From the NCBI RefSeq assembly GCF_964355755.1, contig NC_092674.1:868001-932000 (forward strand): a stretch of DNA of 64,000 nt, given 5' to 3'. The position numbers were made by a program, and so were the translations under genes. Below are positions 40,801-55,800 of the stretch, one piece after another; the stretch's first letter is position 1, and the number at the start of each line of letters is the position of its first letter. This DNA is from Antedon mediterranea. Taxonomy: Eukaryota > Animalia > Echinodermata. The notes beneath the pieces were generated by a model. The model had not been told where the DNA came from. It searched no databases and saw only the letters and a list, made by a program, of their open reading frames with translations.

Positions 40801-43800
40801 TGACTGGACAGTCTTCAATAATCTAATATAATAGGTCGGCCAATCAAAACGCAAGTGAACAATTGGGACTTTACTTGTGATTTATGTCATTGGCCTGTCA
40901 GCACAGTCGTTTCTTTCTAGAATTAAACGCACAAACTTGTATTGGGTATAATTTATGTTTATGTGGTTATTACTATCGCATTTAGGTATTGATAATAATA
41001 ATAATACGGCTTTTGAATATATAATTACTGTCTGTAGAATAACATTTATACATTTTCGGTTCGCGATGAAAAGTTATATGAATGGATTTGTAATAGGTAT
41101 TTATAATAATAGTATATGGGTTGTATTATTGATAAGCTATCACCAAATCGCGTTATACCATTATTTCTCAGGGTTTTTTGCACCATTGATCAATACCAAA
41201 CGCGTATCGGTATTATAGTTTTTAATGAATCATTACATTAATAAAAATACCCAATTAAATCAATCGCGTCAGTCCAATTCCGACTTATGTTTCGATCACA
41301 TAGTTCTGTGTCTACACTGGCCCAACTAGTTTAACAAAAAAAGTGTGATGTGCCCAAATATGGTAGTGATATGCCCGAATATCGTAGTGGACATCGTCAT
41401 GTCTATATAATATGGGCACATCATATTTAGTTTGATAGTATAGACAGAGCTTAAGGATTATATTTAAAAAATGTTTTCTTACATTTTGAAAAAAAGTATT
41501 TATTTGTTTATAAGCCCAATTTTCCAGTCTTAATTTTACATTTTGAAAAAAAAATATTTTATTTGTTGATAAGCCCAATTGTGCAGTCTTATTTTACATT
41601 TTGAACAAAAGTATTTATTTGTTGATAAGCCCAATTTTGCAGTTTTATTTTACATTTTAAACGAAAGTATTTATTTGTTGATAAGCCGAATTTCCAGTTT
41701 AATAATAATGACCCCTTCCACAGTGCTTATACCATATATATTTTACATGATATTGACCGTGGGTTCTTTACGCCCTGATGCATTTGTTTTTATTGTACCT
41801 TTTTAATAAATTATTATATGTTTAGGCCTAATCACACCCAATTTAATGAAACGGTCAGATTCCGATTTCAATTGAACAAAAGTAGTACTGTATTTATTAT
41901 TCATTGATAAGCCAAGGGTCCCATGGCGTTAGCTGATATCTTGAGCATTTGACTCATGTGTCAACCTGTAACACAAATCATTCTTCAAAATCTAAAGAAA
42001 GAACCTCACACGTCTTTTTTGTGAGTGATACACTATGGATATGCCCACGGAAATAATATGTGGACATTGCAAACAATCATAGGCCTACAGTAACAAACAT
42101 AACATGGCTAATAAGCATAACATTCAGACTTGTTTGTTTTCTCCGGGATTTTTATTTACTTTAGCATGTAGAATAAAACTAGTAACAGTGGCTATATTAA
42201 TAATTATACTGATTATCCTTGATGTTATCACGTCTAATAATAAAATATTTTGTTGTTGATAAGCCCAATTTTTCACCCTTGATTTTACATTTTGAACGAA
42301 AGTATTTATTTGTTGATAAGCCCAATTTTGCAGTCTTAATAATGACCCTTCCACAGTGCATTTTACATGATATTGACCGAGGGTTTTTACGCCTCTATAA
42401 CCACTGATCAATGCCACAATTAATGTACTTTTTTAAATGAATATTGAAATGTTTCAACATACCCAATTAAAAAAAAACGGTCCGTTTTCGAGTTCAATCT
42501 GTTAGAGAGGTTGGAGTTTCATTTTGAACGAAAGTATTTATTTGATTGATAAGCCAAATTTCTAGTCCTAATGATTTGAGATTCAACGGATTTTGCTTTC
42601 AATTGTATAATAACAGCCACATGTTAAGGAATATGAATCTCTTTATGATTTTAATATGGTTCGAAATGATATTACACAACAACGATTAGGCAGCAACTGT
42701 GCAAGAGTCCAACTAATAAAATGAAAACGGAATGATCAATTAATTGAACATTTACAGCATAAGGCCCATACACTAGGACGATAACGATCGACGATAAATA
42801 GACAAATGTGCATTTTTAATACATAAACCAAAAGAAATATAAACAATTCCTTTGATGAAAATTATATTTTCACACGTCCAATCAAATGACGTCATGATTA
42901 GTAAGACCAATAATATCGTGACAATACAGCGATTTTATTGTTTTTATTTATCATGACGTCATTTGATTGGAATTTGAAAAACATTATTTTTATCAAAGGC
43001 AGCATAAATGATTATCCTATAGGTCTAGAACGAAAACCTTTCTAATTTCTTTTGGTTTATGTAAAAAAAATGCATGCTATATATTTATCATCCGTCGTTA
43101 TCGTCATAGTGTAATTTGGCCTTTATACAAAAAAAATAAATTGATTACGAAGTTACATGTCATTTTCACCTATCACCAAAAAACTAACCTTTTCAACACT
43201 AATTAATTGTTACGAAGCCAATTTATATTATATATTTCATTAAAACTGAACTTTACGGTAAATGAAGAGTAAGTATCAGTTAATATGAATAATATAACTA
43301 GTAGGTCTATGAAGTTGCGTCCAGACACAGAACTGTGACATTACTATCATAAATGTTGAAACCACTTATAAAACCTTTTTTTAAAGAAAATATAATTGTG
43401 TTAGGAGAAGGCTAATAAACAAATAGATAATGTACAAACCTTTTTCTGGATTAATTAATGGAGCAGGCGTTCCTAATAATCTGCTGCTGCTACCTAGACT
43501 GATTGTTCACCTTCTGACGATAATTGATTGGACCCCCCACGGCATCTGATAACCAACAAAAAATTTACCAGGACTGTTTCAATGATTTAATATCTGACGG
43601 CGTATTATTATAACATTGGCCTAGATTGACAGTCAAAAGAAAGTTATTGTAAATACCTCCCTTTATGTTGACAGAGCCAAAATAAAGTTTTGACCATTAT
43701 CGAATGATTATTTGACAGTGATTTATTATAATACCGGCCTGGTTGACAGCAAAAACGAAGTTATTATTTATTGAACAAGATTTTACAGATTTCCGTCTAC

Positions 43801-46800
43801 ATCTCAATAATACTGTATTATCAGCAAAGGCTTTCATATAGACTCTCTTCTCCCAGACGTTTTTTGGGTCCAGCAGCTACCTATAAATTATAGTCGAGTT
43901 TCCAAATTCACAAAACTGTCAGCCTTAGATACTAAAGCTACCGCTATGAAACAGCTTATTAATGAATGTGTCCTCCTGGGACATAGTTGGCTAGAGCCGC
44001 GGCGCGAAAAACTATGTATGTAGTGTATGGCCTTACTTGAGACAGTGCATGAATAATGTTAACATTAATGTTTAACAAAATTATCTTTTTTTAAAGTCCA
44101 ATCTGAAGTTCAAGTATAATCCCACCTGGAAAAATTCAGACACAAGACTTTGGTATAATGCCACCTGCTACTTTTCACCAAACATCATACCCAGGTCCCT
44201 TGGGACTACATTAAACTTGCTACGTCCTATTTGTCTTGTGCTTAGTTCTTACCTTTACTTGTCTGGTACTTAGTTCTTACCTTTACTTGTCTGGTACTTA
44301 GTTCTTACCTTTACTTGTCTGGTACTTAGTTCTTACCTTTACTTGTCTGGTACTTAGTTCTTACTTTTACTTGTCTGGTACTTAGTTCTTACCTTTACTT
44401 GTCTGGTACTTAGTTCTTACCTTTACTTGTCTGGTACTTAGTTCTTACCTTTACTTGTCTGGTACTTAGTTCTTACCTTTACTTGTCTGGTACTTAGTTC
44501 TTACCTTTACTTGTCTGGTACTTAGTTCTTACCTTTACTAAAGTACATTATGACTCATTCATTCCATGTAATCACATTAATCATGTTTTTTTTTCAGTGC
44601 ATTGAAGCTTACACATCAGACTGGAAACTAATTGAAAATAAGTATTCTGAATATTCTGGTGAATACTCAGATCTACAAAAATGGTAAATACCAAATTGAA
44701 ATATCATGAAATAATTAATTAAAGATATACATTCAGTTCCCTCAATCGGCATGTAGTAATAATCAGTATGTAGTAATCTTCAAGTTTGATTAAATCCTGA
44801 ATTCAAATTCAATTTATTTCATCAAAATGGCATACAAATAATACAGAGAATAAAAATGAGGAACAACCTAGAATATTTTCAATTCAAATTAACTTTTAAA
44901 TCAAATAAAATTCAACATTTTTTAAATTGTTCAATTTTGTTGTGATATGCAAATAAAGCCGGTTTCCGAATTTATTTGTGCGAATCGGAAGTGTTCACTA
45001 ATGCGTATGTGTATTAGTATTTTCATCTACTTTTTGTGACGTGGAAAATTGCGTAACAATTAGAACTAACAATGTTTGATTGAATTGATTGATTGATTAT
45101 CTTTACCATATATTTAGAATATCAAACATACATGAGACCCATTTTTAATAACTTGCTTATTAATTAGGTTATATGCATTATCATGCATATAACCTCTTGA
45201 TTCTGTCAAAATCTTTATTTATTTATTTATTTATTCTTTCCTTAGCACTATTTTGTCCGTGAATTATCTTGATATCAGTTTCATCTATCTAAGTCAATTT
45301 TTCAGAGTATATTCCTTATGGCCAGGAATCGATGTGGTTATATTTTCACGATGCGTAATCAAAAATTACGCGGTCTACGCGCGATTTTACGAAATCACGT
45401 TTGTAATCATATCTTCACAAGCATGAATCACAATTAAACAAAATTTGGTACTCATAAATTTCAGGTCATATTTCATCATATGGCAATACAATTACGTGCG
45501 TAGCGCATATAACGCTTGCGTACGCGCGCTTAAAATGTTCAAAATTGTCAAAATTTATTTTCGATGAAATTAGAGTACGTTTCATGCAATTTTAAGCGTT
45601 TAAAAAATTGCCATTAGTGCGCAGATTTTTGCACGCGCACTGCGCGTTATACGTTAATGCGCACTCTTTTTGTCCGATTCCGGTTGTACAACCTTTCTTT
45701 AATAATATCATCATATTTTATTCACTTTTCAACGCGTAATTGCCTTATACGAGCACGTCAAAAGTGACAGGCTACGCACGTGTAAGTTAACAAAATGGTG
45801 AAAATATGCTAAATTTTAAAATTAATATAGATCGTCAGAATGCTCGGGAACACATATTTTTTATTTCATTTTCTTGAAGTGTATGTATCTTATGTATGAT
45901 TTATTATTAAACAAAGGGAACAAAAGTTGATTAGGCCATAATTAATTGCATATTAAATTAAAAAAAATTCATTTCGACAATCAAACAAATTATGACATTT
46001 TCTTAGGCCAAAATAACAAACTTAACATTAACTTTCTTCCTTCAAAAGTTCATATATTAAAGTTAAAAGTATATAGTTTGACAGTGCATCATTTTTGTAC
46101 ATTTTTAGAGTTGTCATCATAGTAAAAAATTATAATTCATTGCGGTATGTAATAATCCATCTGCACCAAAGTGGTTACTGCATAGTAAATACACGGAGGA
46201 ATTTTTCTAAAATTTTTAGTCAGTTGTGTATGGCTCGGTGGTGTGTGCTCGTGTCTATGGCACTCAAGGTACCGAGATCGAGTCTCACCTTGGGAAACGG
46301 AATAAGATTTTTTTTTTATTATCCGTATTGTTTGTTCAAATTTATTTCTTAGTGTATAGATTATACACATGATTTATAATGAAATCTAGATAAAAAATAA
46401 CTTATGTCTTTATTATTATGTAACAGCAAATGTGGTTTATGACATTATACGCAGAGGGATCTTTGATCGGATTGTGATACCGGCTATTGTATTCGCGTTA
46501 GCAAGGTCCTATCATATATTATAAATAATTAAAGAATCTGAGAAAATCAATGAATCAAAATATCTTTTAAAAATCAATTATCTTTATTTAAATTATCAAT
46601 GCATATAACCTATAATTCGTCATAGTGACGAATTAAATCTAGTCTTTATTTAAATCAATGCATATAACCTATAATTCGTCATAGTGACGAATTAAATCTA
46701 GTTTGTTTTATTTTCACTAACTTTCAGGAATGATCAAAAGTCGTTGACGCATCCAGAGTTAAAGTTTGAAGTAGATGAGACGGATGAAGATTGTAAACTA

Positions 46801-49800
46801 GACGATCAACAAAATCAAAATGTACAGAAACAAGGATTTATGTACAAAACACCATTTGGCAATAAAAATGATCAGTTACAATTTATGAGGGTAAGAAATG
46901 AAGATGACATGGGTGGGGCAGGCGTTTACCGATCTTAGAACTAAGTTTGTTTGTACATAGTAGTGTCACTGTTGTTTCTTAAGTACAGTATTTAATTGCC
47001 AAGTATTAAAATGATCAGTTACAATTTATGAAGGTAAGAAATAAATATGGCATGGGTGGTGCTTACTCACTGGTTTCTGAACTATTAAGTTTGTCTGTAC
47101 ATAGTAGTATCACTTTGTTTCTTGAGTGCAATATTTAAATTTCCAAGTACTGAAATAATCAATTACACCCACACCAACCAACCCACAATGTTTGAATCTA
47201 TTTAATATTATTATTATTGAATATTCTCTCTGTTTCAGACTTACAAACGTCGCTACTTTTACCTGAAACAGTTAGCAGATAAATCTTACTTACTATCATA
47301 TCACAAAGATGAGAAAAGTGGAACAGCAAAAGGAACCATCAGTTTGGCAGATTTAACATCAATTCAAAAGGTTACATTTTATTTTTTTGTGGATAGACAA
47401 ATGGGTTTGGTAGCAGCACTTGCCACGAAGAGGGGAGATTGTTGTCTTTGTAATATCTGGTGCACTGTGCTTTCAGATGGTTAACACGTATAAAGCACAA
47501 TATATAACAAATACATTACATTAAATACATACTGTACAACATTGAATTGAAAAGAAAATTATAGTTATTTAAGTTAAATTATTTTAGTTAAAAATAAAGT
47601 TTGTTTTTTCTTTTGGCTCACAGAATTTTGTTAAAAAATAATGCTATGAATTCAAACCAAGACAATCTGATTAATGACATTACAGGAACACAAATATAAC
47701 ATAATTGCTGCTGACACTCCCTTAGCATTCTAATATTGTAGTGATATGCCCAAATATGGTAGTGATATGACATCATTATGTCCATATATGGGCTCATCAC
47801 ATTTTGTTTGATAGAGTAGACTGAGCTCAATATACAACGCTGTATAGTTGAATGCAATTTATCTGTTTATAATACTATCCATCAACATAATTATTATGAA
47901 GTGTTTGGTGAAACATTTTAACATAGTCCCGCGAGACAGATGGCAAGGATCGTTGTATACTTATGTATATCTATCCAATTAAACCTAACACGTTCAACAA
48001 TAACGTTTTTTATGATTCCCTACTGCTTGTTATATGAACACATCAATTATCCTGGAAATCCAAAGTTACATTTTATGTAGCCATTTGAAAATAATCAGGT
48101 CCTGTTTCATCTCACAACTAACATAACATATCAATCATCATGTTTCTTTGGCAGTTTCCATATTATTCTATGTGACATCTAATCTTACAGACTAAAGCTA
48201 GAAAATTTGGCATGGAGCTGGTACTGTCGGATCGATCGTCTTACAACATCGCCGCCGAGAGTGAGTCTGAGATGGAAGAATGGTATGCTGCGTTTAGTAA
48301 AGTGATTGAATTACAAAACCAACTCACCAACATGGATAAAGTTAGCATTGCATCAGTGGATGATAGAGAAATACCAGGCATGTTGTTGTTGTACTGTATT
48401 TTTCAATTGCATGACACCAAAGGTGATGAATAAGCAATGTAAACTTGTCATCACCAGTGCATTATGGGATATCTGTCATTGGTAGCATTGGCTAGAGATA
48501 ATTTACTTTAAAGTTTCAAATTTTTTCTGCAGTTTTGTGTATATAAATAATCTTACTGAAAAGGTTGCCAATAAACTTCCACATTTGAGGTCCTGGAGTA
48601 GATCTGGACCTATCTGGTATTTATGAAGTACCAGCTATTAATGACACTTAATTAATATTAATGTTATTAATGTTACTTTATAGAAGCTGGAGAAGACCTG
48701 TACTCTGGGTTAAGTCAAAGTAAGCATCCAGAGTTGACACGATACGGACGAGAGAATGAACGAAACAATGCACAAAAGCGCAAAGATAACAGGCAGAACA
48801 TCTTCCTGGCGTACAACAGAATGCATGTAAGTTATTGCAACCACAATCTAACAACAGGATTCTGAGCTCCAGAGATCAAAGGGTTTATCTGTGGCTGCGA
48901 CATGATCAGTTCCATGCGCCGTGGAGTTGTCGCAGCCAGACATGAAATCAAAGGACTGTTACGAGTTCCTATCTTGACAAGGGGAGTTCAGTGTCCCGTT
49001 GTTAGATTGCCTTGGTTATTGCCTTGCTTGTTGACATAAATACTTATCAATCAATAACTTTTACTAATTTCTGTCATTTTAGCAACGGTCTGACAGAAGT
49101 CCTTCTGAGAAGTCTTACAAACCCTATGAAGAAAAATTTGGAGTTCGGTTTGTGGTTGAGCCGAAGGTGCTACGGTTCCGTCTCTCAGCTTGTGTCGGTA
49201 CAAACGGAGAGGTTGATGAATCTGGAGATAACAAAAAATCTATCAATGTAAGAAATTAACTAGTATTAACAATACGCTCTGTCTACACTATGAAACTTTA
49301 TGTGACAAAAATATGTGATATACCCATATATGGACATGATGATGTCATATCACTACCATATTTTGGAATATCACTTCCATATTTGGGCACATCACACTTT
49401 AGACAAAGCTTTACTTAAACCAATCCTGTATATTCATGTCTTTAATTTATGCATACACAATGTATTTAAAAATCTTTTTTTTGTTTCACCAGATGGAGCC
49501 ATTTTTCATGACACTAGCCCTATATGATGCAAAACACAACAAAAAATTATCCGAAGATTTTCACATGGACCTAAACGACGAGAAAATACGACAACTGATT
49601 GGCCGAGAAATGGACATTCCAAATGGTTCTAGCACAACGTCTTCGTCATCGTCATGGACACCTGATCTGGGTAAACTAAATGAGGATTGGTTGAAGTATC
49701 CTACCAAGGTAGATTATAGTTTACACACTGACGAGAGAATAGTTTGTTATGAGTTAAAGAAAACTCAAACTTTTTTCATAACATTGCTTAACATTTTGTT

Positions 49801-52800
49801 TTAGTTATTTGTAATGCGCCTTGAAGTTTGTTGATAAGGCGCAATATAAATGGTGTATTACATTGAACTGTAGGACTTTGAGTACTACACTCGTTTGTAC
49901 CTGGTGATCATTCTTCAGAACTCTTCATATGTATATATTATTAAATGTATGTATGAGTATAAAATTCATTTGACTTATTTTTTGTTTGTTTTTTACAGGG
50001 TTTGTTTTCAGTGATGCAGCCTCATTCTGAAGTATATCTTGTAGTCAAAATTGACAAAGTATTACAGAGTAGTATAGCAGCCTGTGCTGAGCCCTACATC
50101 AAGACAGGAGACATTGCAAAGGTACAATAAATATACCTCAGTAACTTAGCAATTGTGATCTACTTTAACTCACAATAGTAAACAATGAACTAGCGATTTA
50201 CCTGTACTGAGATTTGTTAATTTATCCATTGTTAGGATTTTTCCAAATGATCGTAAAATCAAATGGTTCCCAACTAGTCTTGTTTACTTGTTTACTTGTT
50301 TCCCGTACACTTTCGTCTACGGGATCGAGGCGAAGCACTCAGTGCTTAAAAGCCCCTCTTAACAATAAAATCATATTCTATATAGGGTGAAAACTTCAGC
50401 GGGTGGTTAGACCATGCGACGTTAAGTTTTGCTTTGAACAAGTTCACCGTAGCACATGAAACTACATCCGTAGGCAGAGCATTCCATAAGAGAATAACTC
50501 TCCTGGAGAACGTGTCCCTCCTAATATTAAGACGAGAGCTTTTAAACTTGAGTTTATATGGGTGTCCACGGGTCCGAGATTCTAGATCAAATTCAAAAAA
50601 TGTGTTGATCGAAATACAATCGAAACCTTTAACTATCCTAAAAACTTGGATAATATCCGCTCTCTGCCTTCGATATCTCATGGTAGGAAGACCAAGAATT
50701 CTCAAACGTTGTTCATAAGGAATATTACGGTACCTAGGAATCAATCTTGTTGCTCTTTGCTGGACCTTCTCCATTCATAGAAAGTACCTATGAGACCTGA
50801 CTACTTTTAAAGAAATGCAAATTTTGTCAAGGAGCTTGAATGTAATATTGTTCCATTAATGTTCACAGACATGTCAAAAGATTTACAAGCAGAGTAAAGT
50901 GTGTTGTCAGCGAACAGGACAATACAGAATGCCCTTTTGTTGGGCAGCTAGGTAAGTTGCAACTACTACTACTATCCAGTCTTAGATTTTATCAGGTATA
51001 GGAATATATGTATAGTTTAATAATGTTAATGTTGTTCGATTTATATAGCGCTTATACAATCAAAATATTGTCCCAATAATAATAATAAAGTTCAATAAAT
51101 GCAGGGTGCCTCTAAGCACCAAATAAATGTTTTTTTAAAGAGCAAAAAATTAATGAGTCCAAAATTAAAAAGGTGTTAAAGGTTTAATGGTCATAGAAAT
51201 GACAGATCCTGTTGGTGGACTTTTGATTGAATACTGGTTCAGATCTGCGTAGAGATATCTGGTAGCCATTGACATACATACAGTTGGCATTTAGAATAAT
51301 GCTACTTTTAAGTGCACACAATATTTTTTTAGTTTTTTAAGAGTGACATACCACAGACATTGCAATAGATGAATTCAACAAAATTTAATTAGTGAATGCA
51401 TATTTCCATTTGTTGCCACAGGCGGGTATTCAAGGACAGTACAAAAGAACTGGCACTTAAGGCAGAGTTTACTCCAATGTATCGTCAGGAAAGTTCAAAG
51501 TTATCGGAGTCGGATCTGTTGAAATACCTTCAGGATATCACAAGAAGTTCGGAGAAATTATCCAAGCTTAGTGAGATTCCTGGAACGTTGGTGGTGCACG
51601 TGGAACCTCTTACTAGGATGTTGTCAAGTAAGATCTTAAGTTCTTCAGTAGGGACATAATATTATAAGTTTTTTAAAACATTGTAATTATTATCTGTCTT
51701 TATTGTGATTGTAATGTTTTATTGTAAGTTTTTTAATGTCTTTTTATGAATGTCTTTTAAGTTATTGCTCTAAAACACAGGACCATATGTAAAACAGGTT
51801 TAATATCTATACCTGATATGTTTTTATCCTGTCTACATACGTTTGAAAAAAAAAATAGTGTTAGTTGTTAAGTAAGTTCTTAGGCCATAATATAATAGTT
51901 TTTGTTTTTAAGTAAGTTCTTAGGCCATTATACAGTATAGTAGTGATAGTTGTTTATCTTATCTTAGGCCATTATACGGTATAGTAGTGATAGTTGTTTA
52001 TCTTATCTTAGGCCATTATACGGTATAGTAGTGATAGTTGTTTATCTTATCTTAGGCCATTATACAGTATAGTAGTGATAGTTGTTTATCTTATCTTAGG
52101 CCATTATACAGTATAGTAGTGATAGTTGTTTATCTTATCTTAGGCCATTATACAGTATAGTAGTGATAGTTGTTTATCTTATCTTAGGCCATTATACGGT
52201 ATAGTAGTGATAGTTGTTTATCTTATCTTAGGCCATTATACAGTATAGTAGTGATAGTTGTTTATCTTATCTTAGGCCATTATACGGTATAGTAGTGATA
52301 GTTGTTTATCTTATCTTAGGCCATTATACGGTATAGTAGTGATAGTTGTTTATCTTATCTTAGGCCATTATACAGTATAGTAGTGATAGTTGTTTATCTT
52401 ATCTTAGGCCATTATACGGTATAGTAGTGATAGTTATTTATCTTATCTTAGGCCATTATACAGTATAGTAGTGATAGTTATTTATCTTATCTTAGGCCAT
52501 TATACAGTATAGTAGTGATAGTTGTTTATCTTATCTTAGGCCATTATACAGTATAGTAGTGATAGTTGTTTATCTTATCTTAGGCCATTATACGGTATAG
52601 TAGTGATAGTTATTTATCTTATCTTAGGCCATTATACAGTATAGTAGTGATAGTTGTTTATCTTATCTTAGGCCATTATACGGTATAGTAGTGATAGTTA
52701 TTTATCTTATCTTAGGCCATTATACAGTATAGTAGTGATAGTTGTTTATCTTATCTTAGGCCATTATACAGTATAGTAGTGATAGTTGTTTATCTTATCT

Positions 52801-55800
52801 TAGGCCATTATACGGTATAGTAGTGATAGTTGTTTATCTTATCTTAGGCCATTATACAGTATAGTAGTGATAGTTATTTATCTTATCTTAGGCCATTATA
52901 CAGTATAGTAGTGATAGTTGTTTATCTTATCTTAGGCCATTATACAGTATAGTAGTGATAGTTGTTTATCTTATCTTAGGCCATTATACAGTATAGTAGT
53001 GATAGTTGTTTATCTTATCTTAGGCCATTATACGGTATAGTAGTGATAGTTGTTTATCTTATCTTAGGCCATTATACGGTATAGTAGTGATAGTTGTTTA
53101 TCTTATCTTAGGCCATTATACAGTATAGTAGTGATAGTTGTTTATCTTATCTTAGGCCATTATACAGTATAGTAGTGATAGTTATTTATCTTATCTTAGG
53201 CCATTATACGGTATAGTAGTGATAGTTATTTATCTTATCTTAGGCCATTATACAGTATAGTAGTGATAGTTGTTTATCTTATCTTAGGCCATTATACAGT
53301 ATAGTAGTGATAGTTGTTTATCTTATCTTAGGCCATTATACGGTATAGTAGTGATAGTTGTTTATTTTATCTTAGGCCATTATACAGTATAGTAGTGATA
53401 GTTATTTATCTTATCTTAGGCCATTATACGGTATAGTAGTGATAGTTGTTTATCTTATCTTAGGCCATTATACGGTATAGTAGTGATAGTTGTTTATCTT
53501 ATCTTAGGCCATTATACAGTATAGTAGTGATAGTTATTTATCTTATCTTAGGCCATTATACGGTATAGTAGTGATAGTTATTTATCTTATCTTAGGCCAT
53601 TATACGGTATAGTAGTGATAGTTGTTTATCTTATCTTAGGCCATTATACAGTATAGTAGTGATAGTTGTTTATCTTATCTTAGGCCATTATACAGTATAG
53701 TAGTGATAGTTGTTTATCTTATCTTAGGCCATTATACAGTATACTAGTGATAGTTGTTTATCTTATCTTAGGCCATTATACAGTATAGTAGTGATAGTTG
53801 TTTATCTTATCTTAGGCCATTATACGGTATAGTAGTGATAGTTGTTTATCTTATCTTAGGCCAGTATACGGTATAGTAGTGATAGTTGTTTATCTTATCT
53901 TAGGCCATTATACAGTATAGTAGTGATAGTTGTTTATCTTATCTTAGGCCATTATACGGTATAGTAGTGATAGTTGTTTATCTTATCTTAGGCCATTATA
54001 CGGTATAGTAGTGATAGTTGTTTACCTTATCTTAGGCCATTATACGGTATAGTAGTGATAGTTGTTTATCTTATCTTAGGCCATTATACGGTATAGTAGT
54101 GATAGTTGTTTATCTTATCTTAGGCCATTATACAGTATAGTAGTGATAGTTGTTTATCTTATCTTAGGCCATTATACGGTATAGTAGTGATAGTTGTTTA
54201 TCTTATCTTAGGCCATTATACGGTATAGTAGTGATAGTTGTTTACCTTATCTTAGGCCATTATACGGTATAGTAGTGATAGTTGTTTATCTTATCTTAGG
54301 CCATTATACGGTATAGTAGTGATAGTTGTTTATCTTATCTTAGGCCATTATACAGTATAGTAGTGATAGTTGTTTATCTTATCTTAGGCCATTATACGGT
54401 ATAGTAGTGATAGTTGTTTATCTTATCTTAGGCCATTATACAGTATAGTAGTGATAGTTGTTTATCTTATCTTAGGCCATTATACGGTATAGTAGTGATA
54501 GTTGTTTATCTTATCTTAGGCCATTATACGGTATAGTAGTGATAGTTGTTTACCTTATCTTAGGCCATTATACGGTATAGTAGTGATAGTTGTTTATCTT
54601 ATCTTAGGCCATTATACGGTATAGTAGTGATAGTTGTTTATCTTATCTTAGGCCATTATACAGTATAGTAGTGATAGTTGTTTATCTTATCTTAGGCCAT
54701 TATACGGTATAGTAGTGATAGTTGTTTATCTTATCTTAGGCCATTATACAGTATAGTAGTGATAGTTGTTTATCTTATCTTAGGCCATTATATGGTATAG
54801 TAGTGATAGTTGTTTATCTTATCTTAGGCCATTATACAGTATAGTAGTGATAGTTGTTTACCGTATCTTATCTTAGGCCATTATACAGTATAGTAGTGAT
54901 AGTTGTTTAGAGCAATAGTTATCTTAGGCCATTATATCATAGTGATGGTATTATAGCAAATTTGTATTATGACAACTGAATGCTATTTAAACACATTGAA
55001 TACAAGTTTTTATTGTCGTTTTTTTGTTCAGATTGTCTATCAACATCATTAATACCCATAATGCCGTGGCCCGAACCCCCGAATGGACCGCCCTCCTTGG
55101 AGATCCAGGAGATGCACCTCTCAGATGGCTCGTCAGCGTATCCATTTGTTTCATATACCAACAATTTATATGTTTACCCACTATCTTTGAAGTATGACTG
55201 TCAAAAGCATTATGCTAAGGTGGGTGCTTAATTTTTTAGTAATCATGAAGTATTATTTAGTGGGACTGAGGTGCTGATATACTCTTGTCCATTGTATAAT
55301 GTAAGAGTTGTCTAAGTTGCAGACTATTTTGTGAAGGAACAAATCTTATGCGGACAAGATACTATTAAGATAATATACATATGTTCACCTTAAACTCTGT
55401 CTACACTATCAAACTAGTTTGGCAAAAAAAGTGTGATGTACCCAAATATAGTAGTGATATGACAAAATATGATAGTGATATTACATCATCGTGTCTATCT
55501 ATGGCACATGTTTTTTGTCACATAAAATTTGATCGTGTAGACAGAGCTTAAAAGAAAGAAATCTTTATGTAAAAATTATGTTTTTCACTGTTTGTGATTT
55601 AACCTAAAAGATGTAATGAAATCAGCAAAATTGTGTGTTGTGTACTAATGTTGAATGATTTGAATATTTCAGGCCCGTAATATTTCAATTCAAGTAGAGT
55701 TAAGGGATAGTGATGATGAAGGGGCTGGTCCTCTGCGATGCATCTATGGAAGGCCAGGTGGGCCAGCGTTTGTCTCATCAATGACAACATCAGTATTACA

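Noticed and set aside
41296-43338. Possible 2-kb element bounded by TCACA(TA)GTTCTGTGTCT / AGACACAGAACTGTGA
   Set aside because: Inverted match is short, overlaps a MITE end and has no TSD; boundaries cannot be supported.
51880-54935. CRISPR-like regular repeat array
   Set aside because: Head-to-tail units with no unique spacers and no cas genes, inside a eukaryotic intron.
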